From assembly GCA_965215365.1 (NCBI GenBank), contig CBDCDS010000003.1, positions 512,001 to 576,000 on the forward strand: a DNA stretch of 64,000 nucleotides, given 5' to 3'. Both the position numbers and the translations under genes were made by a program. Positions 1 through 9,458 of this stretch are shown in pieces. How positions within the stretch are numbered: the stretch's first letter is position 1; each line of letters opens with the position of its first letter. The DNA comes from Gammaproteobacteria bacterium. Its GTDB lineage: Bacteria; Pseudomonadota; Gammaproteobacteria; Eutrophobiales; Eutrophobiaceae. A model generated the notes under the pieces. That model was not told where the DNA came from. It searched no databases and saw nothing but the letters and a program-made list of their open reading frames with translations.

Positions 1-320
1 TGTTCGGACAACACAAACAGACAGCTCAACACATACTCGGCCACCGCCCGCGCATTGCAGCCTTTGGCGTCAAACCAGGGGATGTTGCGGGCCTCGAGGT
101 AGTCTGCATCCACATGCTCGACACCACTGGAGGCGCTGGCAACGCAGCCTACACGTGTGTCCTCCAGCAGGTTTTGGTCCACCCGGGTGACTGACCTGAC
201 TACCAAGCAATCGGCGTCGCGCAGGTCGTCAACCGTAAACCTGTCCGTCAACGCCACCTCACCCAAAGTCGAAAAAAGCCGCCCGGCCCAGGGAATGGCC
301 TTATCGATAACGATTTTCAT
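1..320 (-). CDS. pdxB: Erythronate-4-phosphate dehydrogenase (5' part, runs off window)
   Basis: Manual translation from ATG 320: MKIVIDKAIPWAG...DADCLVVRSVTRVDQNLL...GCNARAVAEYVLSCL, typical PdxB N-terminus; not in the ORF track because it is truncated by the window edge. Confidence 0.85.
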   Translation of the reverse strand, partial: MKIVIDKAIPWAGRLFSTLGEVALTDRFTVDDLRDADCLVVRSVTRVDQNLLEDTRVGCVASASSGVEHVDADYLEARNIPWFDAKGCNARAVAEYVLSCLFVLSE

Positions 321-423
321 CGGCCTCTGTTTCCTCAATGGACCGCCTGATTTTTTTCAGGATATTTCGATCTTTAATTCCCTTCAGGTCACGTTCAAAA
401 CTCTTGCGGAATACTACTCTCAC
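301..423 (-). pseudogene. Truncated RelE/StbE-type toxin (40 aa)
   Basis: GTG-started MRVVFRKSFERDLKGIKDRNILKKIRRSIEE resembles a RelE N-terminus; lies directly after an antitoxin-like ORF and ends inside the pdxB start. Confidence 0.6.
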
Positions 424-425
424 TC

Positions 426-629
426 TTAACTCTCAAGAGATTCAAACACGGTTTCTCTTGATACGATTTCGGTTTGTTGGCCCGCGCGGACAGCTTCCGC
501 AAACGCCAGATCTTCCAACACTTCTGCAAGCGCCTCATGCAGTAATGCGCGTTGCTCACGGAACGCTTCGGTCAACGCCTCCTTGAAAAGCCGTTTTAGC
601 GTAGTTTCACTCAATTCAATCTGTGACAT
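426..629 (-). CDS. Small antitoxin-like protein
   Basis: 67 aa acidic helical ORF (...LEDLAFAEAVRAGQQTEIVSRETVF) directly upstream of the RelE-like fragment. Confidence 0.6.
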   Translation of the reverse strand: MSQIELSETTLKRLFKEALTEAFREQRALLHEALAEVLEDLAFAEAVRAGQQTEIVSRETVFESLES

Positions 630-659
630 GACAATTCACCTTGTATCGGCCTGTGCATT

Positions 660-1568
660 CTACTCCTCTTTCTCCACCGGCATCAAGTCCTGTCGGCTGA
701 TGCCCAGCGCCAGAGTCACCGGGCTGGCAACGTAAATGGAGGAATAGGTGCCGATGATAACCCCGAAAATCAGTGCGGTTGAGAACGGGCGGATGAGTTC
801 GCCCCCCAGGAAGAACAGGGCGGTCAACACCAGCAAGGTGGTCAGGGAGGTGATCAGGGTACGGGTCAGGGTCTGGTTTAACGACGTATTGACCACCTCT
901 ACCGGCGTGCCCTTGCGCATCCGCTGAAAATTTTCCCTGATGCGATCAAACACCACAATGGTATCGTTGAGCGAATAACCGATGACCGCCAGCAGCGCCG
1001 CCAGCACGGTGAGGTCGAAGTCCAGTTGCAGGACGGAAAAGAAACCGATGGTGATGATAATATCATGCGCCAGCGCCGCGATAGCACCCACGGAGAACCG
1101 GCGCTGGAAGCGGAATGCGACATAAATGAAGATCATGATCAACGCGTAGATCAGTGCCAGGCCGCCGTCTTCCTGCAAGTCTTCACCGACCTGGGGGCCG
1201 ACAAACTCCACGCGCCGGACTTCAACGGTCTGGCCAGACTGTTTCAGCACGTCTATAAGCTCGCCGCTGAGGTCGGCGCTGTTCTTGCCCTCGACTTCGG
1301 CCACCCGGATCAACACGTCTCTGGCAGAACCGAAATACTGGACTGCCGCATCACTGAACTCGGTGGCAGACAGCAGTTCCCGCACCTGTTCCAGTTCCAC
1401 GGTTTGTTGATAACCGACTTCCACCAGCGTGCCGCCGGTGAAATCGATGCCGAAATTCAGCTGTTGTGTGACCAGGGAGAACAGGGAAATGCCAAGCAGC
1501 AGGCCAGAGAAGACGGCGGCCTGCTTGCGCTTGCCCATAAAATTGAAATTGAAGCGTTGGGTTGCCAT
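660..1568 (-). CDS. secF: Protein translocase subunit SecF
   Basis: GIDFTGG, VEFVGPQVG and GYSLNDTIVVFDRIRE motifs. Confidence 0.97.
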   Translation of the reverse strand: MATQRFNFNFMGKRKQAAVFSGLLLGISLFSLVTQQLNFGIDFTGGTLVEVGYQQTVELEQVRELLSATEFSDAAVQYFGSARDVLIRVAEVEGKNSADLSGELIDVLKQSGQTVEVRRVEFVGPQVGEDLQEDGGLALIYALIMIFIYVAFRFQRRFSVGAIAALAHDIIITIGFFSVLQLDFDLTVLAALLAVIGYSLNDTIVVFDRIRENFQRMRKGTPVEVVNTSLNQTLTRTLITSLTTLLVLTALFFLGGELIRPFSTALIFGVIIGTYSSIYVASPVTLALGISRQDLMPVEKEE

Positions 1569-1571
1569 CGA

Positions 1572-3431
1572 CTAAATCACCAGCTTGCGCAGTTTTCGGC
1601 CACCGTAGATCAGGTTGACGATACTGCGCGTCACCATGATCGCGGTGAACATGGAGCAGACTATCCCCAAGGACAGAGTCACCGCAAATCCCTTGATGGG
1701 CCCGGTGCCGAAACTGAACAACACAATCGCAGCGAACAAGGTGGTGATGTTGGCATCGGCAATGGTGGTAAACGCTTTTTCATAGCCGGCGTGGATGCTG
1801 GCCTGGGGAGAGTTGCCGTTATTTAATTCCTCGCGGATACGCTGAAAAATGAGCACATTGGCGTCCACCGCCATCCCCACGGTGAGCACAATGCCGGCGA
1901 TACCCGGCAGGGTCAAGGTAGCCTGCAGCATGGACAGCAGGGCAATGATCAGCACCAGATTCAAGGCCAGGGCCACATCGGCGGCCAGACCGAAAGCCTT
2001 GTACCAGACCGCCATGAAGATCAGCACTAGGACAAAGCCGATCTGGACCGACAGGAAACCCCTGTCGATATTGTCCTGACCAAGACTCGGCCCCACCGTG
2101 CGCTCCTCGATGATCTCAATGGGCGCGGCCAAGGCGCCGGCCCGCAGCAGCAGGGCCAGATTGCGGGCTTCCTCGGTGGAGTCCAGGCCGGTGATCTGGA
2201 AGCGCTTGCCCAGTTGCTCGCGGATCGTGGCGATATTGATCACTTCCTCTATGGTTTCCCTGCGTTTTTGCAGTTCCCCATCCACTTCGACGGTTTCCGC
2301 CTTGTTTTCAATGAATACCACTGCCATGTTCCGCCCCACTTCCTCCGCGGTGGCATCGCTGAAGCGTTTGGCGCCCTTGCCGTCCAGGGTGATGGAAACG
2401 TTGGGGCTGCCGGAGGTGGCGTCGAAACCGGATGCGGCATCAATGATGTAGTCGCCGGTGAGCATGACCTGCTTCTTCAGCAGCACCGGGTTGCCGCCCC
2501 GGTCGTAATACAGTCGCGCCCCTGCCGGTACCCGGCCGTCCAGGGCATCTTGCGCGGAGTTGTCTTCATCGGTCATGCGAAACTCCAGCGTGGCGGTGGC
2601 GCCAAGGATGGTTTTGGCCCGGGCGGTGTCCTGTACGCCAGGCAACTGCACGACCACCCGTTCCAGTCCCTGTTGCTGGATGATCGGCTCAGCTACCCCC
2701 AGTTCGTTCACCCGCTTGCGCAAGGTGGTGATGTTCTGTTGCAGAGCGAGGCGGCGGGTTTCCTTCACGGCCGCCTCGCTGAGCCGTGCAATGACGGGAA
2801 ATTCGTCACTCTCCGCCGTGGGTTGTTCAAGCTCCAGATCGGGAAAGCCGTCCTCTATCCCGGTGATACCCAACCGCCGCTGTTCGGCATCCCGGAATCT
2901 TATCAACAGACCCTCATCCCGGCGCCGGGTAATGGTTTTGTAACGGATCCGCTCATCCCGCAGCTGCGTCCTGATATCCGAGACATAACGTTCTTCCGCC
3001 TTGGCGACGGCCGCTTCCATATCGACTTCCATCAGGAAATGCACGCCGCCGCGCAAATCCAGGCCCAGGAACATGGGCTCCGCGCGCAGTGCGCGCAACC
3101 ACTCCGGCGTTGCCGGCGCCAGATTCAGGGCCACGGTATAGGAACGTCCCAGCGCTTCCTTCACCACATCCTGGGCCTTGAGCTGGGTTTCTTCATCCTC
3201 GAACCTGACTACCAGATTGCCCTCTGCTACGGTAATATCGCCGTAGCCGATGCCGGCCGTATCCAAGGCGTCTTCCACCGAGTAGCGGGTGATGTCACTG
3301 ACCTCGGCGCCACGCGCCGCGGACACCTGCAAGGCCGGGTCCTTGCCGTAGATATTGGGTAACGCATACAGACCGCCGACCGCCACGATGATCAGGATCA
3401 GCAGGTATTTCCAGAGCGGATAGCGGTTCAT
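1572..3431 (-). CDS. secD: Protein translocase subunit SecD
   Basis: LGLDLRGGVHF, RVNELGVAEP and GMAVDANVLI motifs; 619 aa. Confidence 0.97.
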   Translation of the reverse strand: MNRYPLWKYLLILIIVAVGGLYALPNIYGKDPALQVSAARGAEVSDITRYSVEDALDTAGIGYGDITVAEGNLVVRFEDEETQLKAQDVVKEALGRSYTVALNLAPATPEWLRALRAEPMFLGLDLRGGVHFLMEVDMEAAVAKAEERYVSDIRTQLRDERIRYKTITRRRDEGLLIRFRDAEQRRLGITGIEDGFPDLELEQPTAESDEFPVIARLSEAAVKETRRLALQQNITTLRKRVNELGVAEPIIQQQGLERVVVQLPGVQDTARAKTILGATATLEFRMTDEDNSAQDALDGRVPAGARLYYDRGGNPVLLKKQVMLTGDYIIDAASGFDATSGSPNVSITLDGKGAKRFSDATAEEVGRNMAVVFIENKAETVEVDGELQKRRETIEEVINIATIREQLGKRFQITGLDSTEEARNLALLLRAGALAAPIEIIEERTVGPSLGQDNIDRGFLSVQIGFVLVLIFMAVWYKAFGLAADVALALNLVLIIALLSMLQATLTLPGIAGIVLTVGMAVDANVLIFQRIREELNNGNSPQASIHAGYEKAFTTIADANITTLFAAIVLFSFGTGPIKGFAVTLSLGIVCSMFTAIMVTRSIVNLIYGGRKLRKLVI

Positions 3432-3490
3432 AACTTATTGATAGCAGAAATGTTTCATAAGGCAACAAGCGACTTGGCGAGGTATGCGGG
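3432..3490. repeat. Degenerate end of CCCGCATATCTCACC-family MITE forming the yajC-secD spacer
   Basis: acttattgatagcagaaatgtttcataaggcaacaagcgacttggcgaggtatgcggg aligns with the reverse complement of 61312-61370. Confidence 0.7.
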
Positions 3491-3817
3491 TTAAAGTGTC
3501 TTTAAGGTCCCTTTGGGCAGAACTGCGGACACAGCCTGCTTTTGCACCTTGACCTCCGTCCCCTGGGCAATTTCTAGGACGATAAAATTATCCCCTACCT
3601 GATTGACCTTCCCCAGCACCCCGCCGTTGGTGGCTACCTCGTCCCCCTTGGCCAGATTGCCGACTAGTTGCCGGTGTTCCTTCGCCTGCTTCATCTGCGG
3701 GCGGATCAGGAAGAAATAGAATATGACAAAGAACAGCACCATCATCACCAGAAACGAACCGCCGCCTCCGGCTCCAGCGCCCTGTGCCCACGCGTCATTG
3801 ATAAAGAAATCGCTCAT
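3491..3817 (-). CDS. yajC: Preprotein translocase subunit YajC
   Basis: FYFFLIRPQ and LAKGDEVATNGG motifs; upstream of secD. Confidence 0.96.
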   Translation of the reverse strand: MSDFFINDAWAQGAGAGGGGSFLVMMVLFFVIFYFFLIRPQMKQAKEHRQLVGNLAKGDEVATNGGVLGKVNQVGDNFIVLEIAQGTEVKVQKQAVSAVLPKGTLKTL

Positions 3818-3864
3818 CGTTCCGCTACTTGCCCAAATAGGCGCATTGTATCACAGTCATGAAC

Positions 3865-4272
3865 TTACCCCTCCCGGTGCAGCTGCAACGCCACGGAGTT
3901 GATGCAGTAGCGCAAGCCGGTCGGTCGCGGGCCATCGGCAAATACATGGCCTAAGTGGGCGTCGCAAGCGCTGCACAGCACTTCCGTGCGTGGCCGGCCG
4001 AACAGGCTGTGGTCGGTCTCAGTCCTTACCACAGCGTCGCTTTCCGGTTCGAAAAAGCTGGGCCAACCGCTGCCGGAATCGAACTTGGCTGAGGAGTTGA
4101 ATAAAGGTTGTCCGCAACAGGCGCAACGATACATGCCGGTATCCTTGCAGTGGTTATACTTGCCGGAAAAAGGACGCTCGGTGCCCTTGCGCCGGCACAC
4201 CTCGAACTGCTCCGGCGTCAGTTCCTGCAGCCATTCCTGCTCGGTTTTTGCAATTTTGACTGTCTCGGACAT
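3865..4272 (-). CDS. msrB: Peptide-methionine (R)-S-oxide reductase
   Basis: [23 protein letters not shown] and RYCINS motifs with two CxxC. Confidence 0.95.
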   Translation of the reverse strand: MSETVKIAKTEQEWLQELTPEQFEVCRRKGTERPFSGKYNHCKDTGMYRCACCGQPLFNSSAKFDSGSGWPSFFEPESDAVVRTETDHSLFGRPRTEVLCSACDAHLGHVFADGPRPTGLRYCINSVALQLHREG

Positions 4273-4371
4273 AGTTATACCCCTGTGCAAGCAGACAGGA
4301 TAACGGCATCATGTTACCGGATTTCGGCCTGTGTCGCATCCGCCATGGGATAGATTAATGATCAAACCGAA

Positions 4372-4710
4372 TTACAAGCCCATGACCAGCCTCAGCCCCG
4401 CATCCATCGCTGCAATATTCCGGGCGGATAACATGCCGACTCGCTCGGTCAGGAAGGATTTATCAACGGTGAGCACTTGCGACAGATTGAGCACAGAGTC
4501 TCTCGGCAGTCCGGCTTCGCGCTGTTTTAGTCGCACATTGCCTGGCGCTGCTGCCAAACGCAGATTTGAGGTAATAGTGGCAATGACCACTGTGTTGATG
4601 AGGCTTTCATTAAACTGGTTGCTCTGAACTATTGCAACTGGTCGCCGATAGCCTGGCCCGGCGCCTTGCGGAGTGGGGAGTGAGGCCCACCATACCTCGC
4701 CTCGACGCAC
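4372..4710 (-). CDS. MazF/PemK family endoribonuclease toxin
   Basis: RRGEVWWASL..PGYRRPVAIVQSNQFN...SVLNLSQVLTVDKSFL. Confidence 0.9.
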   Translation of the reverse strand: MRRGEVWWASLPTPQGAGPGYRRPVAIVQSNQFNESLINTVVIATITSNLRLAAAPGNVRLKQREAGLPRDSVLNLSQVLTVDKSFLTERVGMLSARNIAAMDAGLRLVMGL

Positions 4711-4946
4711 TACCAATCTTCCTGCGGCAATGATGCCCACTGCATCTCAGCCAAAGTATCATCAACGCGGGAGGTCTCTTTGACATAAACCATATCAAGA
4801 GTATCTCGCACCCTGTCTTGTTTGTGCGCCTCAATGTACTTTTCCAGTGCATGACGAAACAGTTCGCTTCTCGACATATCCAAGCGTTTGGCCAGTGCTT
4901 CGACGCTATCAAATAATGGATCAGGAATGGAAATTGCTGTCTTCAT
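4710..4946 (-). CDS. RHH/CopG antitoxin (MazE-like)
   Basis: MKTAISIPDPLF..LAKRLDMSRSELF; overlaps the toxin start. Confidence 0.85.
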   Translation of the reverse strand: MKTAISIPDPLFDSVEALAKRLDMSRSELFRHALEKYIEAHKQDRVRDTLDMVYVKETSRVDDTLAEMQWASLPQEDW

Positions 4947-4952
4947 GCATCA

Positions 4953-4972
4953 AGTATAACCTTAGTTATACT
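4953..4972. promoter_or_regulatory. Putative autoregulatory operator of the TA pair
   Basis: Perfect inverted repeat AGTATAAC-ctta-GTTATACT immediately upstream of the antitoxin ATG. Confidence 0.55.
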
Positions 4973-4987
4973 AAATTGTAAAGGTGG

Positions 4988-5109
4988 TGTCCAGGTTCAA
5001 TACATATGAGACTCAGAGGCAGGCTGTGTGAGTTAATCGAAATCACTTTACACACTTCACTACCCGATTTTTTGTCTATTCGAGTCTCACTTGTTGCTGA
5101 ACCCGGACA
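4988..5109. mobile_element. 122-bp MITE derived from the IS481-family element
   Basis: TGTCCAGGTTCAATACATATGAGACTC...GAGTCTCACTTGTTGCTGAACCCGGACA; same termini as the IS at 16297-17428, no transposase. Confidence 0.85.
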
Positions 5110-6496
5110 CCGCCATCGTATCTGCAAAGCTCAAGTGTTTGAGCAGGGCGTAATAATTGCGGATATTTTCCACAAACCGCACCGGTTCATCGCCCCTGGC
5201 AAAGCCGAAGCGCGTCTGTGAATACCACTTACGTTGCCTCAACAGCGGCAGGTTCTGTTTCACATCGACCCAGGCATCAGGGTTGCCGCCGTTCTTTTCG
5301 GTAATTGTTCTGGCATCTTCGAGGTGGCCGAAGCCGACATTGTAGGAGGCCAAAGCGAACCAGATGCGTTCCGGTTGCGGTATGCGCGCCGGCATTTTAT
5401 CCATCAGGGTAGCTAAATATCTGGCACCACCGTGGATACTCAGCACCGGGTCGAGACGGTCGCTGATACCAACCTGTTGCGCCGTTTGCAGTGTCAACAT
5501 CATCAGGCCGCGCACGCCGGTGGGTGAACGCGCGTTTTTTTTCCAATGGGACTCCTGATAACTGATGGCAGCCAACAGCCGCCAGTCAAAGCCAAGCTCG
5601 TTCCCCGCGCTCATAAAATAAGGCCTCAGCTCCGGCAATACCTCGTTGTAGCGATCGATGAAACTGCGCGTCTCAACGTAATCCAGCGAGTCCGCAAATT
5701 CATGGTCCTGTTCCAGCAGTACCGCCAGTTGGCCGTTGTCCCTGAGCTGTTGATGAAACTGTCGGATTGCCGTCATAAGCGAGTCGTCACCCGGCGCGCG
5801 TCTGACCGCCCAGCCCAGCGGCTCCGGGGCGCTCAGATTAAAGGCCACCCGCAGTTCCGGCAGGGAGATGCGCGCCCGGGCCACTTCGTGGGAACCCGCT
5901 ACCGCGTAGAGGATTTGACCGTGCTCTACCATTTCCAGCAGGCCGAAGCTGTCCTGCTCCTCATGCACTACCAGTTCTAGGTCCGGGGAATGGGAGCGCA
6001 GGCGTTCCAGATCCCCCGGCAGCAGGGCCTCGCCGGCGAGGTGCAGCTTGTGCGGAGCGACATCATCCAGCCTGGAGGGGCGTATGTAACCGTAACGGTA
6101 CACGACCTGCCAGGTCACCCACTGGAAACCTGGCCCATAAGCCAGCGGATCGCCCGGCGCCAAAGTCCGGTGCAGCCCGGCCGCGGCCAGGTCGGCCTGC
6201 CCGGACAGCAGCAGTTCCGTGACCTGCTTGCTGTCATCGGCCAGATTGAGTTTCAGGTCAACTTCCAGCCAGTCAGCGAACAGACTTGCCAGTTGATATT
6301 CCAGGCCGCGTTGTACGCCGGCGCCATTACGCTCATAAGTCGTCGGACTTACCACAGTGGCAACCTGCAGGGCGCCACGCGCACGGATCAACTCCAGTTG
6401 AGATTTTTCCTCAGCACAGCCCGACAGTAACAGGCAGACGCACAACCCCGGCAGCAACGGGAAGATTTTCGGTAACTGCTGCTTACGAACACGCAA
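5087..6496 (-). CDS. mltF: Membrane-bound lytic murein transglycosylase F
   Basis: Substrate-binding domain plus SLT domain (AISYQESHW, SPTGVRGLMMLT, ASYNVGFGH, ARGDEPV); both ends derive from foreign sequence. Confidence 0.9.
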   Translation of the reverse strand: MRVRKQQLPKIFPLLPGLCVCLLLSGCAEEKSQLELIRARGALQVATVVSPTTYERNGAGVQRGLEYQLASLFADWLEVDLKLNLADDSKQVTELLLSGQADLAAAGLHRTLAPGDPLAYGPGFQWVTWQVVYRYGYIRPSRLDDVAPHKLHLAGEALLPGDLERLRSHSPDLELVVHEEQDSFGLLEMVEHGQILYAVAGSHEVARARISLPELRVAFNLSAPEPLGWAVRRAPGDDSLMTAIRQFHQQLRDNGQLAVLLEQDHEFADSLDYVETRSFIDRYNEVLPELRPYFMSAGNELGFDWRLLAAISYQESHWKKNARSPTGVRGLMMLTLQTAQQVGISDRLDPVLSIHGGARYLATLMDKMPARIPQPERIWFALASYNVGFGHLEDARTITEKNGGNPDAWVDVKQNLPLLRQRKWYSQTRFGFARGDEPVRFVENIRNYYALLKHLSFADTMAVSGFSNK

Positions 6497-6586
6497 TAGA
6501 ATTGCATCCGGAAGAAAAGGAATTCAAGAAAGAGCTGGCCTTGTGGAAGAAAAATCTCGCGGCACAAACCCCTCCTCATTAACGAT
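6471..6586 (+). repeat. Near-identical direct copy of 9347-9462 (3' end of the AlbA/TPR gene plus overlapping nuclease 3' end)
   Basis: ggtaac..gcttacgaacacgcaatagaa..catccggaagaaaaggaattcaaga..ctggccttgtggaagaaaaatc present at both places. Confidence 0.9.
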
Positions 6587-7153
6587 ACTGGCACTGTCGC
6601 CGGTGGCGCGGATGGCAAACAAGCCCTGGCGGATGACATTCCGTTGCACGCTCTCATCGGCCTTGAGATACGCCATGGCGCCATGAATGACCTTGCCCTT
6701 GTAGTCCGGGAAACAGGTGGTAAATTCCGTCAGGTCTTCAAGGAAGTCCTTGACCCCCTCCGGGTGCAGCGTGGTTTTGACTTCCACGACCACCACCTGT
6801 TCACCGTTAATCGCCAAGATGTCGTACTCATAGTTTTTGCCGTCATTGAGACGATTGATACGACCGAGGCGGCGGCTTTTGGTCTTTTGCACAGGGATGC
6901 CCCGGTCTTGCAGCATGGCGACCAAGTCGCCTTCCACCAGGCTTTCCATGAACGCCCCCCACTGGTTATCGAACGTGCCTTGCAACTGCTTCATGCGCCG
7001 GTCGGTATGCTTCATCTCCTGGTAAGTTTCCTTCATCTGCCGGTCAGTCTCCTTCATGCGCCGGTCAGTTTCCTTCTGTGCCTCGGCCAATTCCTGCAAG
7101 CTGGCCCAGACCGTTTCAAACGTAGCGGGTTTACGCGGCAATTGTTTTTCCAT
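6524..7153 (-). CDS. Coiled-coil + PD-(D/E)XK nuclease-like protein (DUF3782-like), copy A
   Basis: KETDRRM heptads, then EYDILAINGEQVVVVEVK. Confidence 0.75.
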   Translation of the reverse strand: MEKQLPRKPATFETVWASLQELAEAQKETDRRMKETDRQMKETYQEMKHTDRRMKQLQGTFDNQWGAFMESLVEGDLVAMLQDRGIPVQKTKSRRLGRINRLNDGKNYEYDILAINGEQVVVVEVKTTLHPEGVKDFLEDLTEFTTCFPDYKGKVIHGAMAYLKADESVQRNVIRQGLFAIRATGDSASIVNEEGFVPRDFSSTRPALS

Positions 7154-7263
7154 GACAGATTCCTCCTTATCGGTTTGGTTGATAGTTAACAGCAGCAGCC
7201 GGCCATGGACAGCCGGCTCGTAACAATACTAATGTACACGGGGTGAAAAAGCAAAGGGAAACT
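7154..7263 (-). repeat. Conserved ~110-bp leader of the coiled-coil nuclease cassette (also 14246-14355, 15180-15272, 16191-16296)
   Basis: gacagattcctccttatc...gtacacggggtg near-identical in 4 copies; contains AAGGAGG SD on the minus strand. Confidence 0.9.
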
Positions 7264-7460
7264 TCATTTTAGTCTCTTACGCCGCATCGATGAAATCCAG
7301 ACTTTTGAATGCCGGGGTCCCATTATCTTAAGACGATACCAGAAGGGTAAAAACCCGTTTCCTGCGTTTGGCGGATATTGTTATAATTCGGTACCATGCA
7401 ACTTCAATTCCGGTGTGGGAAACAAGGTGCGAATAGTCTTGCCTTCCACCTGCGCATGAT

Positions 7461-9458
7461 ATGAGTATTATTCTTCCAATCAATATAGAAGACCTGCTGC
7501 ACTGTCAGGGCGTAGAGTCTTCCCGCATTGAATTCAAGGCAGGCTGGGATGACGAAACAACGGGTGTTCAGGTTTTGAAAACGATATGCGCGTTTGCCAA
7601 TGACCTGCAAAACCTGAATGGCGGGTATATCATCATCGGCGTTGAGGAACGTGAGGGCCGCGCAGTTCTTCCTCCCAAGGGCATAGCACCGGGAAAAATA
7701 GATTACATACAGAAATGGATCAGAGGCAATTCAAATCGTATTGACCCGGAATTTCAGCCGGTGATGTCGCTGGAAGTTGTGTCGGGTAAGCATATCCTGA
7801 TTATCCGGGTGCCAGGGAGTAATGTACGGCCCCACAGAGCGCCGGAAGCTAACAGGGGAGGGGAAAGAAAATACTTTGTGCGCATTGGTTCCGAAACAGT
7901 GGATGCGGATAAAAATGGCGTCCTTGATGAGCTGATGCAGCTTACCGCCAAAGTACCCTTCGACGACCGTAGAGCGCTTCAGGCAACCACAGATGACCTG
8001 CGAGAAAGCAGGGTCAGGGAGTTTCTCAACGATATCCGCAGCGGTCTGTTGGAAGAGGAGAATACGAGAGAAATTTACCGAAAACTCCGCATTACTTCAT
8101 CTGCGAATGGCCATGATGTCCCCAAGAATATAGGCCTGCTGCTGTTCAGTGAAGACCCGGATATCTGGTTCCCGGGCACGCGTATTGAGGTCGTTCAATT
8201 TGCCGGTGATGCGTCGGGAAACATCATAGAGGAAAAAATATTTCGCGGTGGCATACATGAACAATTAAAAAATGCCTTGACTTTCCTGGAAACCATTTCC
8301 AGTCCGCACCTGGAGAAACAGGAACGTTCTTTCAGAGTGAAAGGGTGGGTCAGTTATCCGGTCCAGGCTCTGCGCGAGGCGCTTGTGAATGCCGTTTATC
8401 ATAAAAGCTATGAGCCATCGCTACAGGAGCCGGTCAAAGTCTATTTGTATCCGGGCCGTATGGAAATTACCAGTTACCCGGGACCGGTACACGGCATAGA
8501 ACCTGCACACTTTCATCCGAATTCTTCGGTGCCTTCTGCACCTGCCAGGAACAGGCGCATAGGTGAGTTTCTGAAGGAACTGCGTCTTGCTGAAGGCCGC
8601 GGCACAGGGTTGCCAAGAATTTACCGGGCAATGCAGGAAAACGGATCGCAGGCTCCCTCGTTCGACTTCGACCAGGGGAGAAGCTACTTTCGGGTAACGC
8701 TTCCCGCACACCCGGAATATATCGCCATTTCCGCCCTGAGAGATGCCGCCCACCTCAAGGCTCTGGGCAATGATGCCGATGCCTTCAGGCGCATCGAAAA
8801 TGCGTGGAAATCCCTTCCTGCTTCACCTTCGCTCACTGCGGAATACATCCGCCTGCTTGGCGCAAATGAACAACTTGAGGCCGCGCAAACAGCATTCTCG
8901 GAATTTAAGCAACAGGCGCCGGACAACTTTCACCATTTTGTTTCCAATGTCCTGATAGATATCCTGTTGGATGCCGGGCGCAAAGATGAGGCAAAAAAAT
9001 TGCTGGATCGCCAGCCCGCGTATCTGGCGAGTGCCGATGCCATGGACGCGGCCATCCTCGCTCGGCGGCTCCGCAACGAGGAAAAAGCCCACCGCTACTT
9101 TGAACGCGCCGGCGATGTCGTATTCAACGACATTCGCGCATTACACGAATTTGCTCAAGCAAAAATCAAACTGGCGCAGAAAACACCGAGAAACCGCCAA
9201 GGGCGTCAGCCATACTTGCGCCTGTTACGCGAAGCAAAAGAGTTGCTGGAACGTGCTGTGCAGATGGATGCCGGCCGAGTGCGTCATGCTTGGGCGTGGA
9301 GAGATTTAGGCAGGGTTAAAAAATGGCTGAAACATCCCACACACGAGGTAACCGCCGCTTACGAACACGCAATAGAACTGCATCCGGAAGAAAAGGAATT
9401 CAAGACAGAACTGGCCTTGTGGAAGAAAAATCCCGCGGCACAAACCTCGCATCATTAA
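7461..9458 (+). CDS. Schlafen/AlbA_2 + HATPase_c_4 + TPR-like protein
   Basis: ESSRIEFK, ICAFAN..GGYIIIGV, ALREALVNAVYHKSY, RNRRIGEFLKELRLAEGRGTG; helical-repeat C-terminus. Confidence 0.85.
   Translation: MSIILPINIEDLLHCQGVESSRIEFKAGWDDETTGVQVLKTICAFANDLQNLNGGYIIIGVEEREGRAVLPPKGIAPGKIDYIQKWIRGNSNRIDPEFQPVMSLEVVSGKHILIIRVPGSNVRPHRAPEANRGGERKYFVRIGSETVDADKNGVLDELMQLTAKVPFDDRRALQATTDDLRESRVREFLNDIRSGLLEEENTREIYRKLRITSSANGHDVPKNIGLLLFSEDPDIWFPGTRIEVVQFAGDASGNIIEEKIFRGGIHEQLKNALTFLETISSPHLEKQERSFRVKGWVSYPVQALREALVNAVYHKSYEPSLQEPVKVYLYPGRMEITSYPGPVHGIEPAHFHPNSSVPSAPARNRRIGEFLKELRLAEGRGTGLPRIYRAMQENGSQAPSFDFDQGRSYFRVTLPAHPEYIAISALRDAAHLKALGNDADAFRRIENAWKSLPASPSLTAEYIRLLGANEQLEAAQTAFSEFKQQAPDNFHHFVSNVLIDILLDAGRKDEAKKLLDRQPAYLASADAMDAAILARRLRNEEKAHRYFERAGDVVFNDIRALHEFAQAKIKLAQKTPRNRQGRQPYLRLLREAKELLERAVQMDAGRVRHAWAWRDLGRVKKWLKHPTHEVTAAYEHAIELHPEEKEFKTELALWKKNPAAQTSHH

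Noticed and set aside
1026-3362. Long plus-strand ORFs opposite secD/secF (similarly 29976-31181 and 56148-57128)
   Set aside because: Antisense shadows of well-supported GC-rich genes, with no recognisable motifs.
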